From: a candidate division WOR-3 bacterium
GTDB taxonomy: Bacteria; Hydrothermota; Tepidihabitantia; SM23-42; JAOAFX01
Reading direction: 5' to 3'
DNA: 31,191 bases
Assembly (NCBI GenBank): GCA_037444665.1
Contig: JBBILZ010000030.1
Location: 1-31,191, forward strand
A program made the position numbers and the translations under genes. The notes beneath the pieces were generated by a model that had not been told where the DNA came from, searched no databases, and saw only the letters and a program-made list of their open reading frames with translations. Every line of letters starts with the position of its first letter. The first letter of the stretch is position 1. Below, piece by piece: positions 10,901 through 18,617 of this stretch.

Positions 10901-11112
10901 AATATTCATTCTGGTTTATGGATGTGGGCTGGGGTGTAGAAAATTACGGCACAGAGCCGGATATTGAAGTAGAGATTACTCCACAGGACTATCTGCGCGG
11001 TAAAGACCCTCAATTGCTGACTGCAATAAAAGAGTGTTTGAGACTGATTAAAAAAAACAAACCGCATATTCCCAATTTTGGTAAAAAACCGATTCTCAAA
11101 TTGCCTTATTGA
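7906..11112 (+). CDS. Tricorn protease homologue (S41 family, PDZ-containing)
   Basis: WKRYRGG, beta-propeller repeats, GELGTSHAY (catalytic His), DVRFNRGG, AGSDGD (catalytic Ser), GKRTWGGV, ENYGTEPD; 1068 aa. Confidence 0.95.
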   Translation: MKGYYRFPSINKDTIVFLCEDDLWVVSLKNPLARRLTSNLGRIANCSISPDGEYVSFTGREEGHFEVYCISIKGGIARRLTFLGKNTVVRGWTRDGERIIFASDAGQWYPGFMFIYTVDKNKDIPKLVPVGPARTISYGPKKGVVIGRNTADPARWKRYRGGTVGEIWIDPKENGQFRKLLNIKGNLADPMWVGNRIYFISDHEGIGNIYSCTIAGKDLKRHTHHRDFYVRNAQTDGKNIVYHAGGDLYVLFVDANKIEKVEIDFRSPRVQTQRKFVDAQKYLEDYAISPEGGKVCITSRGRVFSMPNWEGPVMQNGLKNNARYRLGRWLFDGKRIVVVNDEKGEDGLQIYHSGGGITNLPLIDIGRPIELEPSPKEPLIALTNHRNELILVNLKSKKRVILDRSKFRRIEGITWSPDGNWLAYTFFDSDRTSCIKLANVKEKKSYFATKSVRYDFSPSFDPDGNYLYFLSARHFDPVYDTIQFELSFPSNIKPYLILLRKDIETPFKYKSSVPPALDTGMPDLAKEITKLQKKEMKMKIDLEGINNRVLAFPLAPGNYTQIWGIKDKVLYTIFPIKGGKAQWFSDEFPSDGTLEFFDFKTQKQGIIVNGIGSFRVSTKNEIIIYRSKNQLRIIKPVEQVEQKLEKQAPGPKSGWIDLSRIRVLIEPKVEWKQMYRDAWRLQRDHFWNKNMSGIDWKKVYEKYLPLLERIGTRSEFSDLIWEMQGELGTSHAYEWGGDYRSEPRYTQGFLGADFIYDKKHNAYKIVRIIKGDTWEENASSPLLTPGLNIKEGDLILQINGVNVNSKIQPGELLVNRAQTEVSITVANAGGKNKRTFTVKTLVDESSARYREWVETNREFVHQLSKNKIGYVHIPDMGPWGFAEFHRYFLSEIKYPGLILDVRFNRGGHISQLLLEKVARKRIGYDITRWGQPEPYPFESVLGPIVAITNEYAGSDGDIFSHGFKLYKIGPLIGKRTWGGVIGISPYYRLSDGGLTTQPEYSFWFMDVGWGVENYGTEPDIEVEITPQDYLRGKDPQLLTAIKECLRLIKKNKPHIPNFGKKPILKLPY

Positions 11113-11125
11113 TTTTATAAATAAG

Positions 11126-11156
11126 AACGCCCTCTGAATATAGTTCAGAGGGCGTT
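11126..11156. terminator. Probable bidirectional terminator between the convergent tricorn and asnA genes
   Basis: Perfect 13-bp stem AACGCCCTCTGAA-TATAG-TTCAGAGGGCGTT; U-tracts are short. Confidence 0.75.
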
Positions 11157-11176
11157 TCAATAATCATCTTATACAA

Positions 11177-12334
11177 TTACTCCAGCACAAAAATATTTTT
11201 CTTCGCACAGATTTCTTTTAATTCCTTGGGCCAGACCGTAACACTAACCTCACCAAGATGCGCAGTTCTTAAAATGTACATATAGGTCCTTGACTGACCA
11301 ATACCACCACCAATACTCAATGGAATCTTATCATTCAATATTGCTTGATGATAGGGCAGTTTTAAGAAATCAAGTTGTCCTGTGATTTCCAGTTGCTTTT
11401 TCAGTGTCTCTTTTGTTACGCGAATGCCCATTGATGTCAATTCATGGCGTCTCTTTGTGACAGGATTCCAGACAAGGATATCACCATTGAGTCCATGCAT
11501 TGGTCTGCCATCCTCAGAAACGGTCTCAGTGACCCAGTCATCATAGTCTGCTGCCCTCATTTCATGGGGATAACCATCTTTGAGTGTCCAACCGATGCCA
11601 ATGATAAAGACTGCAGGATATTTTTGCAAGATTGCGGTCTCGCGCTGTTTTCTTGGTAAATCTGGATACATATCGAGGATATCCTCAGCATGGAGAAATG
11701 TTAATTCTTCAGGAATTGGCGGATATCTGGGGTTCTTTAATTCAGGCCAATTTTCATGGGCAAATTTTGCCGCGCCATAGATAACCTTCCAGATCTTTCT
11801 CACCGTATCTTTTAGAAAATTTAAATTGCGTTGCTCAGGTGTAATGACCTTTTCCCAATCCCATTGGTCCACATAGGACGAATGGTCATGGTCTAAAAAA
11901 TAGTCCTTGCGCACTGCCCTCATATCTGTGCAGATACCTTCACCTACTTTACAACCAAATTGAGCAAGTGCCATTCTTTTCCATTTTGTGGCTGCCTGAA
12001 CCACCTGGGCTTCAATACGCTTTTTAAGACCGAGTCCACAGAGAAATTCAATAGGCGTTCTTGAACCATCACGGTCAAGATAGTCATTGACGCCACTCTC
12101 CTTGGTAACAATTAATGGAACCTGGACCATTGTTAAGTTCAATTCTTTGCAAAGATTCTTTTCAATATATTCTTTTACGGCAAAGAGTGCCTTCATCCTT
12201 TCAAGCGGTGGCAGAAGTGGTTTATAATCATTGGGCAGAATCTTTTCAACTTCTTCGTATGTGCTCACACCAGGACCTGCCAGATCCGCTTCCTTGCCTG
12301 TTTTCTTTATCTCTGCCTTGGCTTTTCTTGGCAT
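11177..12334 (-). CDS. asnA: Aspartate--ammonia ligase (asparagine synthetase A)
   Basis: KWKR, HSSYVDQWDWE, RAADYDDW, LNGDILVWN, SMGIRV, SIGGGIGQSR; strong SD AAGGAGGT. Confidence 0.95.
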   Translation of the reverse strand: MPRKAKAEIKKTGKEADLAGPGVSTYEEVEKILPNDYKPLLPPLERMKALFAVKEYIEKNLCKELNLTMVQVPLIVTKESGVNDYLDRDGSRTPIEFLCGLGLKKRIEAQVVQAATKWKRMALAQFGCKVGEGICTDMRAVRKDYFLDHDHSSYVDQWDWEKVITPEQRNLNFLKDTVRKIWKVIYGAAKFAHENWPELKNPRYPPIPEELTFLHAEDILDMYPDLPRKQRETAILQKYPAVFIIGIGWTLKDGYPHEMRAADYDDWVTETVSEDGRPMHGLNGDILVWNPVTKRRHELTSMGIRVTKETLKKQLEITGQLDFLKLPYHQAILNDKIPLSIGGGIGQSRTYMYILRTAHLGEVSVTVWPKELKEICAKKNIFVLE

Positions 12335-12457
12335 TATTGACCTCCTTTTTCTATTTATTCAATTATTTCAAGGCTTAAACATATAATCTGATGAGCAAAG
12401 TTTTATGCATCAGTGACCATATTAAAAAATTATAGTAATAGTTTAGCCACTTAAATT

Positions 12458-12544
12458 GTAGTTGCTTGATTTATCAAGCACCAAAAAGAGCCCACTGCTC
12501 CGTCCCGATGGGACGAGAGTCCCTTCGGGAAATTGGGCAACTAC
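12458..12544. repeat. REPIN-like inverted pair of GTAG REPs with nested mini-hairpin insertions
   Basis: GTAGTT-GCTTGAT-TT-ATCAAGC (12458-12479) faces an inverted GTAGTT-GCCCAAT-TT copy ending at 12544. The second copy is interrupted by CGTCCC-GAT-GGGACG and TCCC-TTC-GGGA hairpins. Confidence 0.7.
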
Positions 12545-12620
12545 ATTGATTTAATTCCATTTTTTAGAGTGGCTAACCTCTTATAAATTATAGTCTTTAG
12601 ACAAAATTTATATTCTCTAT

Positions 12621-12648
12621 ATTATCCACAAAAATTGGAAAAAGTCAA
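12621..12648 (-). promoter_or_regulatory. Possible asnA promoter
   Basis: Minus strand TTGACT(12648-12643)-16 bp-GATAAT(12626-12621). The -10 is imperfect and lies ~290 nt upstream of asnA. Confidence 0.4.
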
Positions 12649-12703
12649 TTATGAAATTGGTGTTCTTCCCTGTTTAAGCTCTTCAGCAAATATAAATTTT
12701 TAC

Positions 12704-12731
12704 TTGATTAATTTTTTATTTTATATAAAAT
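12704..12731 (+). promoter_or_regulatory. sigma70-type promoter for the leaderless CapA-family gene
   Basis: TTGATT(12704-12709)-16 bp-TAAAAT(12726-12731); ATG at 12739 with no SD. Confidence 0.5.
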
Positions 12732-12738
12732 CATCAAT

Positions 12739-13761
12739 ATGAAATTTGTCATTTGCCTGTCCATTTTAATATTTTCTTTTATTTGTGCGGATACCCTATC
12801 AATTATTATGGTTGGTGATATTATGATGGGCACGACCTTTCCCGAAATCAGACTTCCTTTAGAAGATGGCAAGGATATCTTTTTTAATGTATCAGAAATT
12901 TTAAAAAATGTAGATTTAACGCTGGGGAATCTTGAAGGACCGCTTACTGACTCAAAGAATTGCACAAAAAAGATTGAAAAAGGAAAGGTTTACGCATTCA
13001 GAACACCGCCCCATTATGCAGAATACCTTTTTAATGCGGGATTTGATTTTATGAACCTAAAAAATAATCATATCAATGATTTTGGACATGAAGGATTGTC
13101 CTCTACAATCAATGCCCTTAAAAAATTTTGTATAAAGTACGGCAATGATGAGATTGATGGAGAATTTGTTATCCGTGATAAAAAAATCTGTGTTATTTCT
13201 TTTTCCCAGGCCCAATGGGGTAATTCAATTCTTGATATTCCTCGTGCTCAGAACATCGTGGCACAAAGAGCCCGAGAGTATGATATCATTATTGTTTCAT
13301 TCCATGGCGGTGGAGAAGGTCTAAAATTTCTTCATACCTCGGATACACTTGAGTATTTTCTTGATCAACCAAGGGGCAATGTTGTAAAATTCAGTCATGC
13401 AGTGATAGATAGTGGTGCAGACCTTGTCTGGGGACATGGCCCACATGTGCCAAGGGCTATGGAGATTTACAAAGAGCGTTTAATTGTTTATAGTGCGGGT
13501 AATTTCTTTACCTATGGTTTTAATATTACTGGAGAACTTGGTTATGCACCAATTATAAAGGTTGCCCTTGATTCAACCGGGACCTTTATTCAAGGTCAAA
13601 TTTTTTCGGCAATTCAGGATTACCAAAGTGGTTTGGTTTTAGATTCATTGAATCGTGCTGCACAATTAATAAAAAAACTCTGCCTTGAAGACCTTCCTGA
13701 CACATCGCCCATCATTACTGATGAGGGAATGATTTTGAAAAAAACAAAAATGAATAAATAA
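12739..13761 (+). CDS. CapA/PgsA-family (PGA_cap) metallophosphoesterase, exported
   Basis: VGDIMM, GNLEG, NNHINDFG, SFHGG, GHGPHV motifs; N-terminal hydrophobic signal peptide. Confidence 0.88.
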   Translation: MKFVICLSILIFSFICADTLSIIMVGDIMMGTTFPEIRLPLEDGKDIFFNVSEILKNVDLTLGNLEGPLTDSKNCTKKIEKGKVYAFRTPPHYAEYLFNAGFDFMNLKNNHINDFGHEGLSSTINALKKFCIKYGNDEIDGEFVIRDKKICVISFSQAQWGNSILDIPRAQNIVAQRAREYDIIIVSFHGGGEGLKFLHTSDTLEYFLDQPRGNVVKFSHAVIDSGADLVWGHGPHVPRAMEIYKERLIVYSAGNFFTYGFNITGELGYAPIIKVALDSTGTFIQGQIFSAIQDYQSGLVLDSLNRAAQLIKKLCLEDLPDTSPIITDEGMILKKTKMNK

Positions 13762-13782
13762 TTTACAAAGTTATTTTACCCC

Positions 13783-13810
13783 TTGACAAAATTTAAATTA
13801 TGGATATAAT
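13783..13810 (+). promoter_or_regulatory. sigma70-type promoter of nrdR-nrdD
   Basis: Perfect TTGACA(13783-13788)-16 bp-TATAAT(13805-13810). Confidence 0.85.
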
Positions 13811-13820
13811 GGGGGGCGTG

Positions 13821-13836
13821 GCTCTATATATAGTGT
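13821..13836. promoter_or_regulatory. NrdR box
   Basis: gctCTATATATAGtgt matches the acaCwAtATaTwGtgt consensus and sits just downstream of the predicted nrdR-nrdD start site. Confidence 0.8.
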
Positions 13837-13872
13837 TTTTGCGGGCAATAATGCCCTATCAATTAAACAATT

Positions 13873-14346
13873 ATGAAGTGTCCGAGATGCGGTCATAGTC
13901 GTGATAAGGTGCTGGAGACAAGGGCGTCACAGGCGGGTTCAGTGACCCGACGCCGTCGTGAGTGTCGTAAGTGCCATTTTCGTTTTACCACTTATGAAAC
14001 AGTGGAGAGAATGCCGCTCGTGGTGATAAAACGGGATGGAACAAGAGAACCTTATGACCGTTCAAAACTTTTAGGTGGGATTGCCCTTGCCTGCAGAAAG
14101 AGACCCATCTCAGCACAGAAGATTGAATCTATTGTTAATGAAATAGAAGACCATATCAGTGACCATTATCAGATGGAAATAAAATCATCTGAAATTGGGC
14201 AAATGGTTTTAGACCGTCTGCTGAAAATAGATGAGGTAAGTTATGTGCGTTTTGCCTCAGTATATCGTAAATTCAAAAGTATAGATTATTTTGCAAAAGA
14301 GTTGCAAAAATTAAAAAAGGAGCGAAGATGGAAGAGAAAACATTAA
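13873..14346 (+). CDS. nrdR: Transcriptional repressor NrdR
   Basis: MKCPRC...RRRREC..C..RFTTYE zinc ribbon, ATP cone, YVRFASVYRKF. Confidence 0.97.
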   Translation: MKCPRCGHSRDKVLETRASQAGSVTRRRRECRKCHFRFTTYETVERMPLVVIKRDGTREPYDRSKLLGGIALACRKRPISAQKIESIVNEIEDHISDHYQMEIKSSEIGQMVLDRLLKIDEVSYVRFASVYRKFKSIDYFAKELQKLKKERRWKRKH

Positions 14347-16751
14347 GACTCAGCATTGGGGATGAGGTTCCTCAAGAAAAAACATTTCAATTTGTTATAA
14401 AAAGAAATGGCAAAACAGTCGCTTTTGATAAATCAAAGATTGCCAATGCAATATTCAAGGCAGCACGAGCCGTAGGTGGGGAAAATAAAAAGATTGCTGA
14501 AGCACTGGCTGATGAAGTCGTGCTATTCCTTTATACACTAAAAGGTGATAAACCACCAACCGTTGAAGAGATCCAGGATGCAGTAGAAAAAGTCCTCATT
14601 GAAAATGGTAATGCCCGCACTGCCAAGGCATTTATTCTTTATCGTAAACAGCGTGAGATATTGAGAAAGAAGAGGATGCTTGAAAAAAGACCCGAAGAAA
14701 GAGAGACAACAGATTATGCCTTATTTGTTAGAACCTCGGATGATGATTTTGTCTCCTGGGACCGTTCAAAAATTGTTGATGCCTTGTTAAACGAAACAAA
14801 TATGGATAAAGAGACGGCAGAAAAAATTGCCCGGGAAACAGAAGAGACAATCCTTAATTCAAATGTTGAATTATTATCATCTGCGCTCATTCGTGAAATT
14901 GTGAATATGAAATTGATTGAACACGGACTGGAAAATGCACGTTTGCGCCATATGCGACTTGGTGTGCCTCTTTATGATGCGGAAAAGATCATACTCTATG
15001 CCAATCGCGAGAATGCCAATATTCCCCATAATCCTGAGGCAACAAATATGACCCTTGCTGAGACCATAAAAAAACAGTATATGCTTTCAGAAGTATTCAG
15101 TCGGGAGGTAGCAGATGCCCATATCCGCGGTGACATTCATTTACACGATTTAGGATTTGGTGACCGTCCATATTGTTCAGGGCAATCACTTGAATATGTA
15201 AAGAAATTCGGATTGAATCTACCCAATGCATTGTCCATTGCCAGACCAGCAAAGCATCCTGATACATTGCTTGCCCATATGGTGAAATTTTCTGCTGCAC
15301 TGCAGGGACATTTTGCTGGTGCAATCGGCTGGGATGCAGTAAATATTTTCTTCGCTCCTTTTTTAACCGGGATGTCGGATAAAGAGATCCACCAGGTTGC
15401 CCAGATGATGGTATTTGAATATTCCCAGCAATCAGTAGCACGGGGTGGTCAGGCGATATTTTCAGATTTGAATCTATACTGGGAAATTCCCAAACACTTC
15501 AGGGATGTTGATGCGATTGGACCCGGTGGAAATTATACGGGTAAGAAATATATTGATTATCTTAATGAAGCCCAGAAATTTGCCTGGGCATTATTTGATA
15601 TCTATCTTGATGGTGATGGAACCGGCCGTCCATTCTTTTTCCCAAAGCCTTTAGTTCATATCACTGAGGAGCTCTACAGAACAGAAGGCTGGCAGGACTT
15701 TCTTAATCATATTGCCGAAGTTTCTTCAAAAAGAGGGAATACCTATTATGTTTTTGACCGCGGTGAAACGGCAAAGATTTCAGAATGTTGTAGATTATCA
15801 TTTAAACTTGAACAGAGTGATATTGATGATGCCCGCACACCCTGGAAAATGCGTTATACTGCACTACAAAATGTTACGCTCAATCTACCGCGCGCGGCAT
15901 ATTTTGCCAAAGGGAATGATGAATTATTATTTAAAAAGATTGACCAGGTACTAAATTATGCAGTGCAGGCACATCTTCACAAAAAGAAGTTTATTGAAAA
16001 ACTGATTGATCTGAAGGATGAAGGTCCGCTCGCCCTTTTAACAATGGAACAGGATGGAGAGCCGTATCTCAGATTACATCGGGCAACCTATCTTATTGGA
16101 TTATTAGGACTCAATGAGCTTGTTCAGTTCCATACTGGAAAACAGATGCATGAAGATGAGATGAGTTTAAAATTTGGGTTAAAAGTCTTATCTTATATGT
16201 ATTTGAAAGTAAAAGAACTATCAAAACAATATAATATGCGGTTTGTGATGGAACAGACTCCGGCAGAATCTGCCGCACATCGTATGGCACGACTTGACCT
16301 TGAGCATTATCCGGGCGAGGCAATCTCTGTAGTAAAGGGTGATGTAAAAACCAATTCAGTTTATTATACAAATTCTACTTATTTGAATGTGGGTATTCCT
16401 ATTGACCCGATTGATAGAGTAAGGGTTGAAGGAAAGTTCCATGATATGATTGAGGCAGGTGCCCTGACCCATGTCTGGCTGGGCGAATCTCAACCTCCAA
16501 AAGAGAGCATTGCAAACTTTGTGGTCAAGACATTCAGCCATTCACGGAATGCCCAGATTGCCTTCTCACCTGAATTCACCACTTGTAATTCCTGTTTCCG
16601 CACTTCGCGCGGTCTATCAAATACCTGTCCATACTGCAAAAGCACAAAGATTGACCATATTACCAGGGTAACCGGTTATTTTAGCAAGGTCTCGGGCTGG
16701 AACAAAGGTAAAAAGGCAGAATTAAAGGACCGTTATCGGTCAATATTATAG
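14328..16751 (+). CDS. nrdD: Anaerobic (class III) ribonucleoside-triphosphate reductase with two ATP cones
   Basis: Two ATP cones, HLHDL..RPYC, ECCRL thiyl loop, QTPAES, YYTNS, CxxC/CxxC metal site, RVTGYF glycyl-radical motif. Confidence 0.96.
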   Translation: MEEKTLRLSIGDEVPQEKTFQFVIKRNGKTVAFDKSKIANAIFKAARAVGGENKKIAEALADEVVLFLYTLKGDKPPTVEEIQDAVEKVLIENGNARTAKAFILYRKQREILRKKRMLEKRPEERETTDYALFVRTSDDDFVSWDRSKIVDALLNETNMDKETAEKIARETEETILNSNVELLSSALIREIVNMKLIEHGLENARLRHMRLGVPLYDAEKIILYANRENANIPHNPEATNMTLAETIKKQYMLSEVFSREVADAHIRGDIHLHDLGFGDRPYCSGQSLEYVKKFGLNLPNALSIARPAKHPDTLLAHMVKFSAALQGHFAGAIGWDAVNIFFAPFLTGMSDKEIHQVAQMMVFEYSQQSVARGGQAIFSDLNLYWEIPKHFRDVDAIGPGGNYTGKKYIDYLNEAQKFAWALFDIYLDGDGTGRPFFFPKPLVHITEELYRTEGWQDFLNHIAEVSSKRGNTYYVFDRGETAKISECCRLSFKLEQSDIDDARTPWKMRYTALQNVTLNLPRAAYFAKGNDELLFKKIDQVLNYAVQAHLHKKKFIEKLIDLKDEGPLALLTMEQDGEPYLRLHRATYLIGLLGLNELVQFHTGKQMHEDEMSLKFGLKVLSYMYLKVKELSKQYNMRFVMEQTPAESAAHRMARLDLEHYPGEAISVVKGDVKTNSVYYTNSTYLNVGIPIDPIDRVRVEGKFHDMIEAGALTHVWLGESQPPKESIANFVVKTFSHSRNAQIAFSPEFTTCNSCFRTSRGLSNTCPYCKSTKIDHITRVTGYFSKVSGWNKGKKAELKDRYRSIL

Positions 16752-17243
16752 ATTTTTCTCTGGTTTTTTAAAAAGTTCATTAATAATTAAAATAACTGCG
16801 CTGACCGTAACAAACGCATCAGCCAGATTATAGGTAAACCATCTAAAATTACCAATGCCCATATCAATAAAGTCAATTACATATTTTAATCTTATACGGT
16901 CAAAAACATTACCCAAAGCACCACCTACAATTAAGCCAAAAAGAACCACTCTCAATTTTGTTTTTTGTGAAAGACCAATAAAAGTAAACAAAATAATACC
17001 AACAAAGTGGAGTATATAGTATAAATAAGAAGGACCGAATGAAATGCTGAAAACGCCGTATGGATTATATGCAACCCTGAATCTGAGAATTGAACCGATA
17101 AATTCATAGGGAGGGTCAAATGGGCTTAAGAAATGGACGATTAATAATTTAGTTATCTGGTCTAATAAAAATGCAATAAAGACAGGTATTAAAAAAACCT
17201 TGATATTTTTATTTGCCGGTGCATTTAATGCAGAATCTGGCAT
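16746..17243 (-). CDS. lspA: Lipoprotein signal peptidase II
   Basis: LDQITK, NPYGVFS, GGALGNVFDR, VIDFI, YNLAD. Start uncertain (35-bp overlap with dksA); 3' end overlaps the nrdD 3' end. Confidence 0.93.
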   Translation of the reverse strand: MPDSALNAPANKNIKVFLIPVFIAFLLDQITKLLIVHFLSPFDPPYEFIGSILRFRVAYNPYGVFSISFGPSYLYYILHFVGIILFTFIGLSQKTKLRVVLFGLIVGGALGNVFDRIRLKYVIDFIDMGIGNFRWFTYNLADAFVTVSAVILIINELFKKPEKNL

Positions 17244-17577
17244 AAGGTAAAATCTTCAAACGTTTTTTCTCAATTAATTTTCCACACTTCTCACAGATTC
17301 CATAACGACCCTGATGGATCTTTCTCAATGCATGGTCAATACTGAACAGGAGCTCTTTTTGGCGGGATAGATTCATTGATGATAATTCTCTTTTTTCAGT
17401 TTCAGTGCCCTGGTCTGCCATATGGTTGGAATAAGCCGAGAGGTCACCTGAGGCTTCGGTCTGGGTTGTAGAGATCTGGCCACTGTCATAATTGATCCCC
17501 TTAATGATTTTTTCCCGTTCCTGTAGTAATCTCTTTTCAAACTCTTTTAATTCTGCCTTTTTTAGCTTTTTAATCAT
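17209..17577 (-). CDS. TraR/DksA-family C4 zinc-finger regulator
   Basis: Coiled coil with HMADQGTE tip, ALRKI..G.YGICEKCG...RL..LP....CIKC. Confidence 0.9.
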   Translation of the reverse strand: MIKKLKKAELKEFEKRLLQEREKIIKGINYDSGQISTTQTEASGDLSAYSNHMADQGTETEKRELSSMNLSRQKELLFSIDHALRKIHQGRYGICEKCGKLIEKKRLKILPYARFCIKCTGK

Positions 17578-18278
17578 TATTTCTTCTCCTTCAGCATATT
17601 CAAATATGCCTTTGCCTTTATGTTTGTAGGGTCAATTTTTAAAACCTCTTCCCATTCTTTCCTTGCATTATCGTGCTTGCGCTCCTGGTAATAACATAGA
17701 CCAAGAAGAACTTTTGCCTCAAGATATTTTTTATTACGAGCCAATATATCATTGAGCAATTTTTCTGCAGATTTATAATCATTCAACTGGGTATAGGTTT
17801 TTGCCAGTTTCAATTTTATATCAAGGAATGTTGGGCTCACTTCCATTGCCCGTTGATACTCATCCCGTGCCTTTTTATACTCCTGCAATTCATAGTAAGT
17901 ATCACCGAGTTGCATATAGGTATTGGCAAGTTTTGTCTTTAACTGAGGCGAAAATCCTTTTTCTTTGGTCTCAAGGGCGGCTGCTTTTTCAAAAGATTTT
18001 ATGGCTTCATCAAATTGACACTGTTCATTATAGATGATTGCAATATTTACATATGCCTCAATGTAATTGGGATTGAGTTCTATTGCTTTTTTAAAACTTT
18101 CAATTGCAGACTTATAATTTCCCGCAAGTGAATAGGCAAGGCCCAGGGCATTATGGACATCAGGATAATCTGGATAGGCGGCAATAACCTTTTTTAACCC
18201 TTCAACTGCTTCCCTTACATTTCCTTTTTCATAGGCTTGCAGTGCTTCATTATAGATTTTTGCCATCACCTGGTCCAT
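17577..18278 (-). CDS. Tetratricopeptide-repeat protein
   Basis: About six TPR units (e.g. YPDVHNALGLAY...AIELNPNYIEAY); TAATG overlap with the dksA-like gene. Confidence 0.88.
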   Translation of the reverse strand: MDQVMAKIYNEALQAYEKGNVREAVEGLKKVIAAYPDYPDVHNALGLAYSLAGNYKSAIESFKKAIELNPNYIEAYVNIAIIYNEQCQFDEAIKSFEKAAALETKEKGFSPQLKTKLANTYMQLGDTYYELQEYKKARDEYQRAMEVSPTFLDIKLKLAKTYTQLNDYKSAEKLLNDILARNKKYLEAKVLLGLCYYQERKHDNARKEWEEVLKIDPTNIKAKAYLNMLKEKK

Positions 18279-18283
18279 AGTAA

Positions 18284-18311
18284 ATTATATTTATAATCAC
18301 CTGTTTGTCAA
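18284..18311 (-). promoter_or_regulatory. sigma70-type promoter for leaderless TPR-dksA-lspA
   Basis: Minus strand TTGACA(18311-18306)-16 bp-TATAAT(18289-18284); ATG 5 nt later. Confidence 0.8.
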
Positions 18312-18341
18312 TATATTAAAAAAACAGACCATTTTCAACTG

Positions 18342-18617
18342 GATGCTGCATACTTGATACTGGATTTTTCTGGTTTTTTCCCTCGCATTTGCTCGGGACC
18401 TTCGGCTGGTCTATTTAGTCTTTTTGGTCTGTTTAGTCTTTCTCGTCTGTCTGGTTTCTTTAGTCTTTCTGACTTCATTATTTTCTATTCCCTTTATACC
18501 CCCTTATTCCCCTTGATAACCCCTTATTACCCTTCCAATCATAGATGATACTGCGAGCGAAGCGATACTGCATCTGTTTGGTTTCATTATCCCCTACTTA
18601 CTAACTACTGCCTACTA
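18342..18617. repeat. Intergenic patchwork of degenerate short tandem repeats
   Basis: 7-mers GATGCTG/CATACTT/GATACTG (18342-18362); seven 9-mers like RGTCTNTYT (18408-18470); five CCCTT units (18490-18534); GATACTGC direct repeat (18547, 18564); CTA-type 7-mers (18594-18617). Confidence 0.7.

Noticed and set aside
12388..12413. CTGATGAG, resembling a hammerhead ribozyme core
   Set aside because: No stem II followed by GAAA and no matching stems I/III. It is only a weak CTGATG/CATCAG inverted repeat.
12335..12620. Asn-sensing leader peptide or T-box upstream of asnA
   Set aside because: The minus-strand mini-ORFs are not Asn-rich, and I see no T-box motif or terminator with a U-tract.
18408..18534. 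Possible CRISPR array
   Set aside because: Units are 9-11 bp, degenerate and without unique spacers; no cas genes nearby.
18354..18548. 64-aa ORF in the ORF track
   Set aside because: TTG start, no SD, and a low-complexity F/S/L/G sequence produced by the 9-bp repeats.
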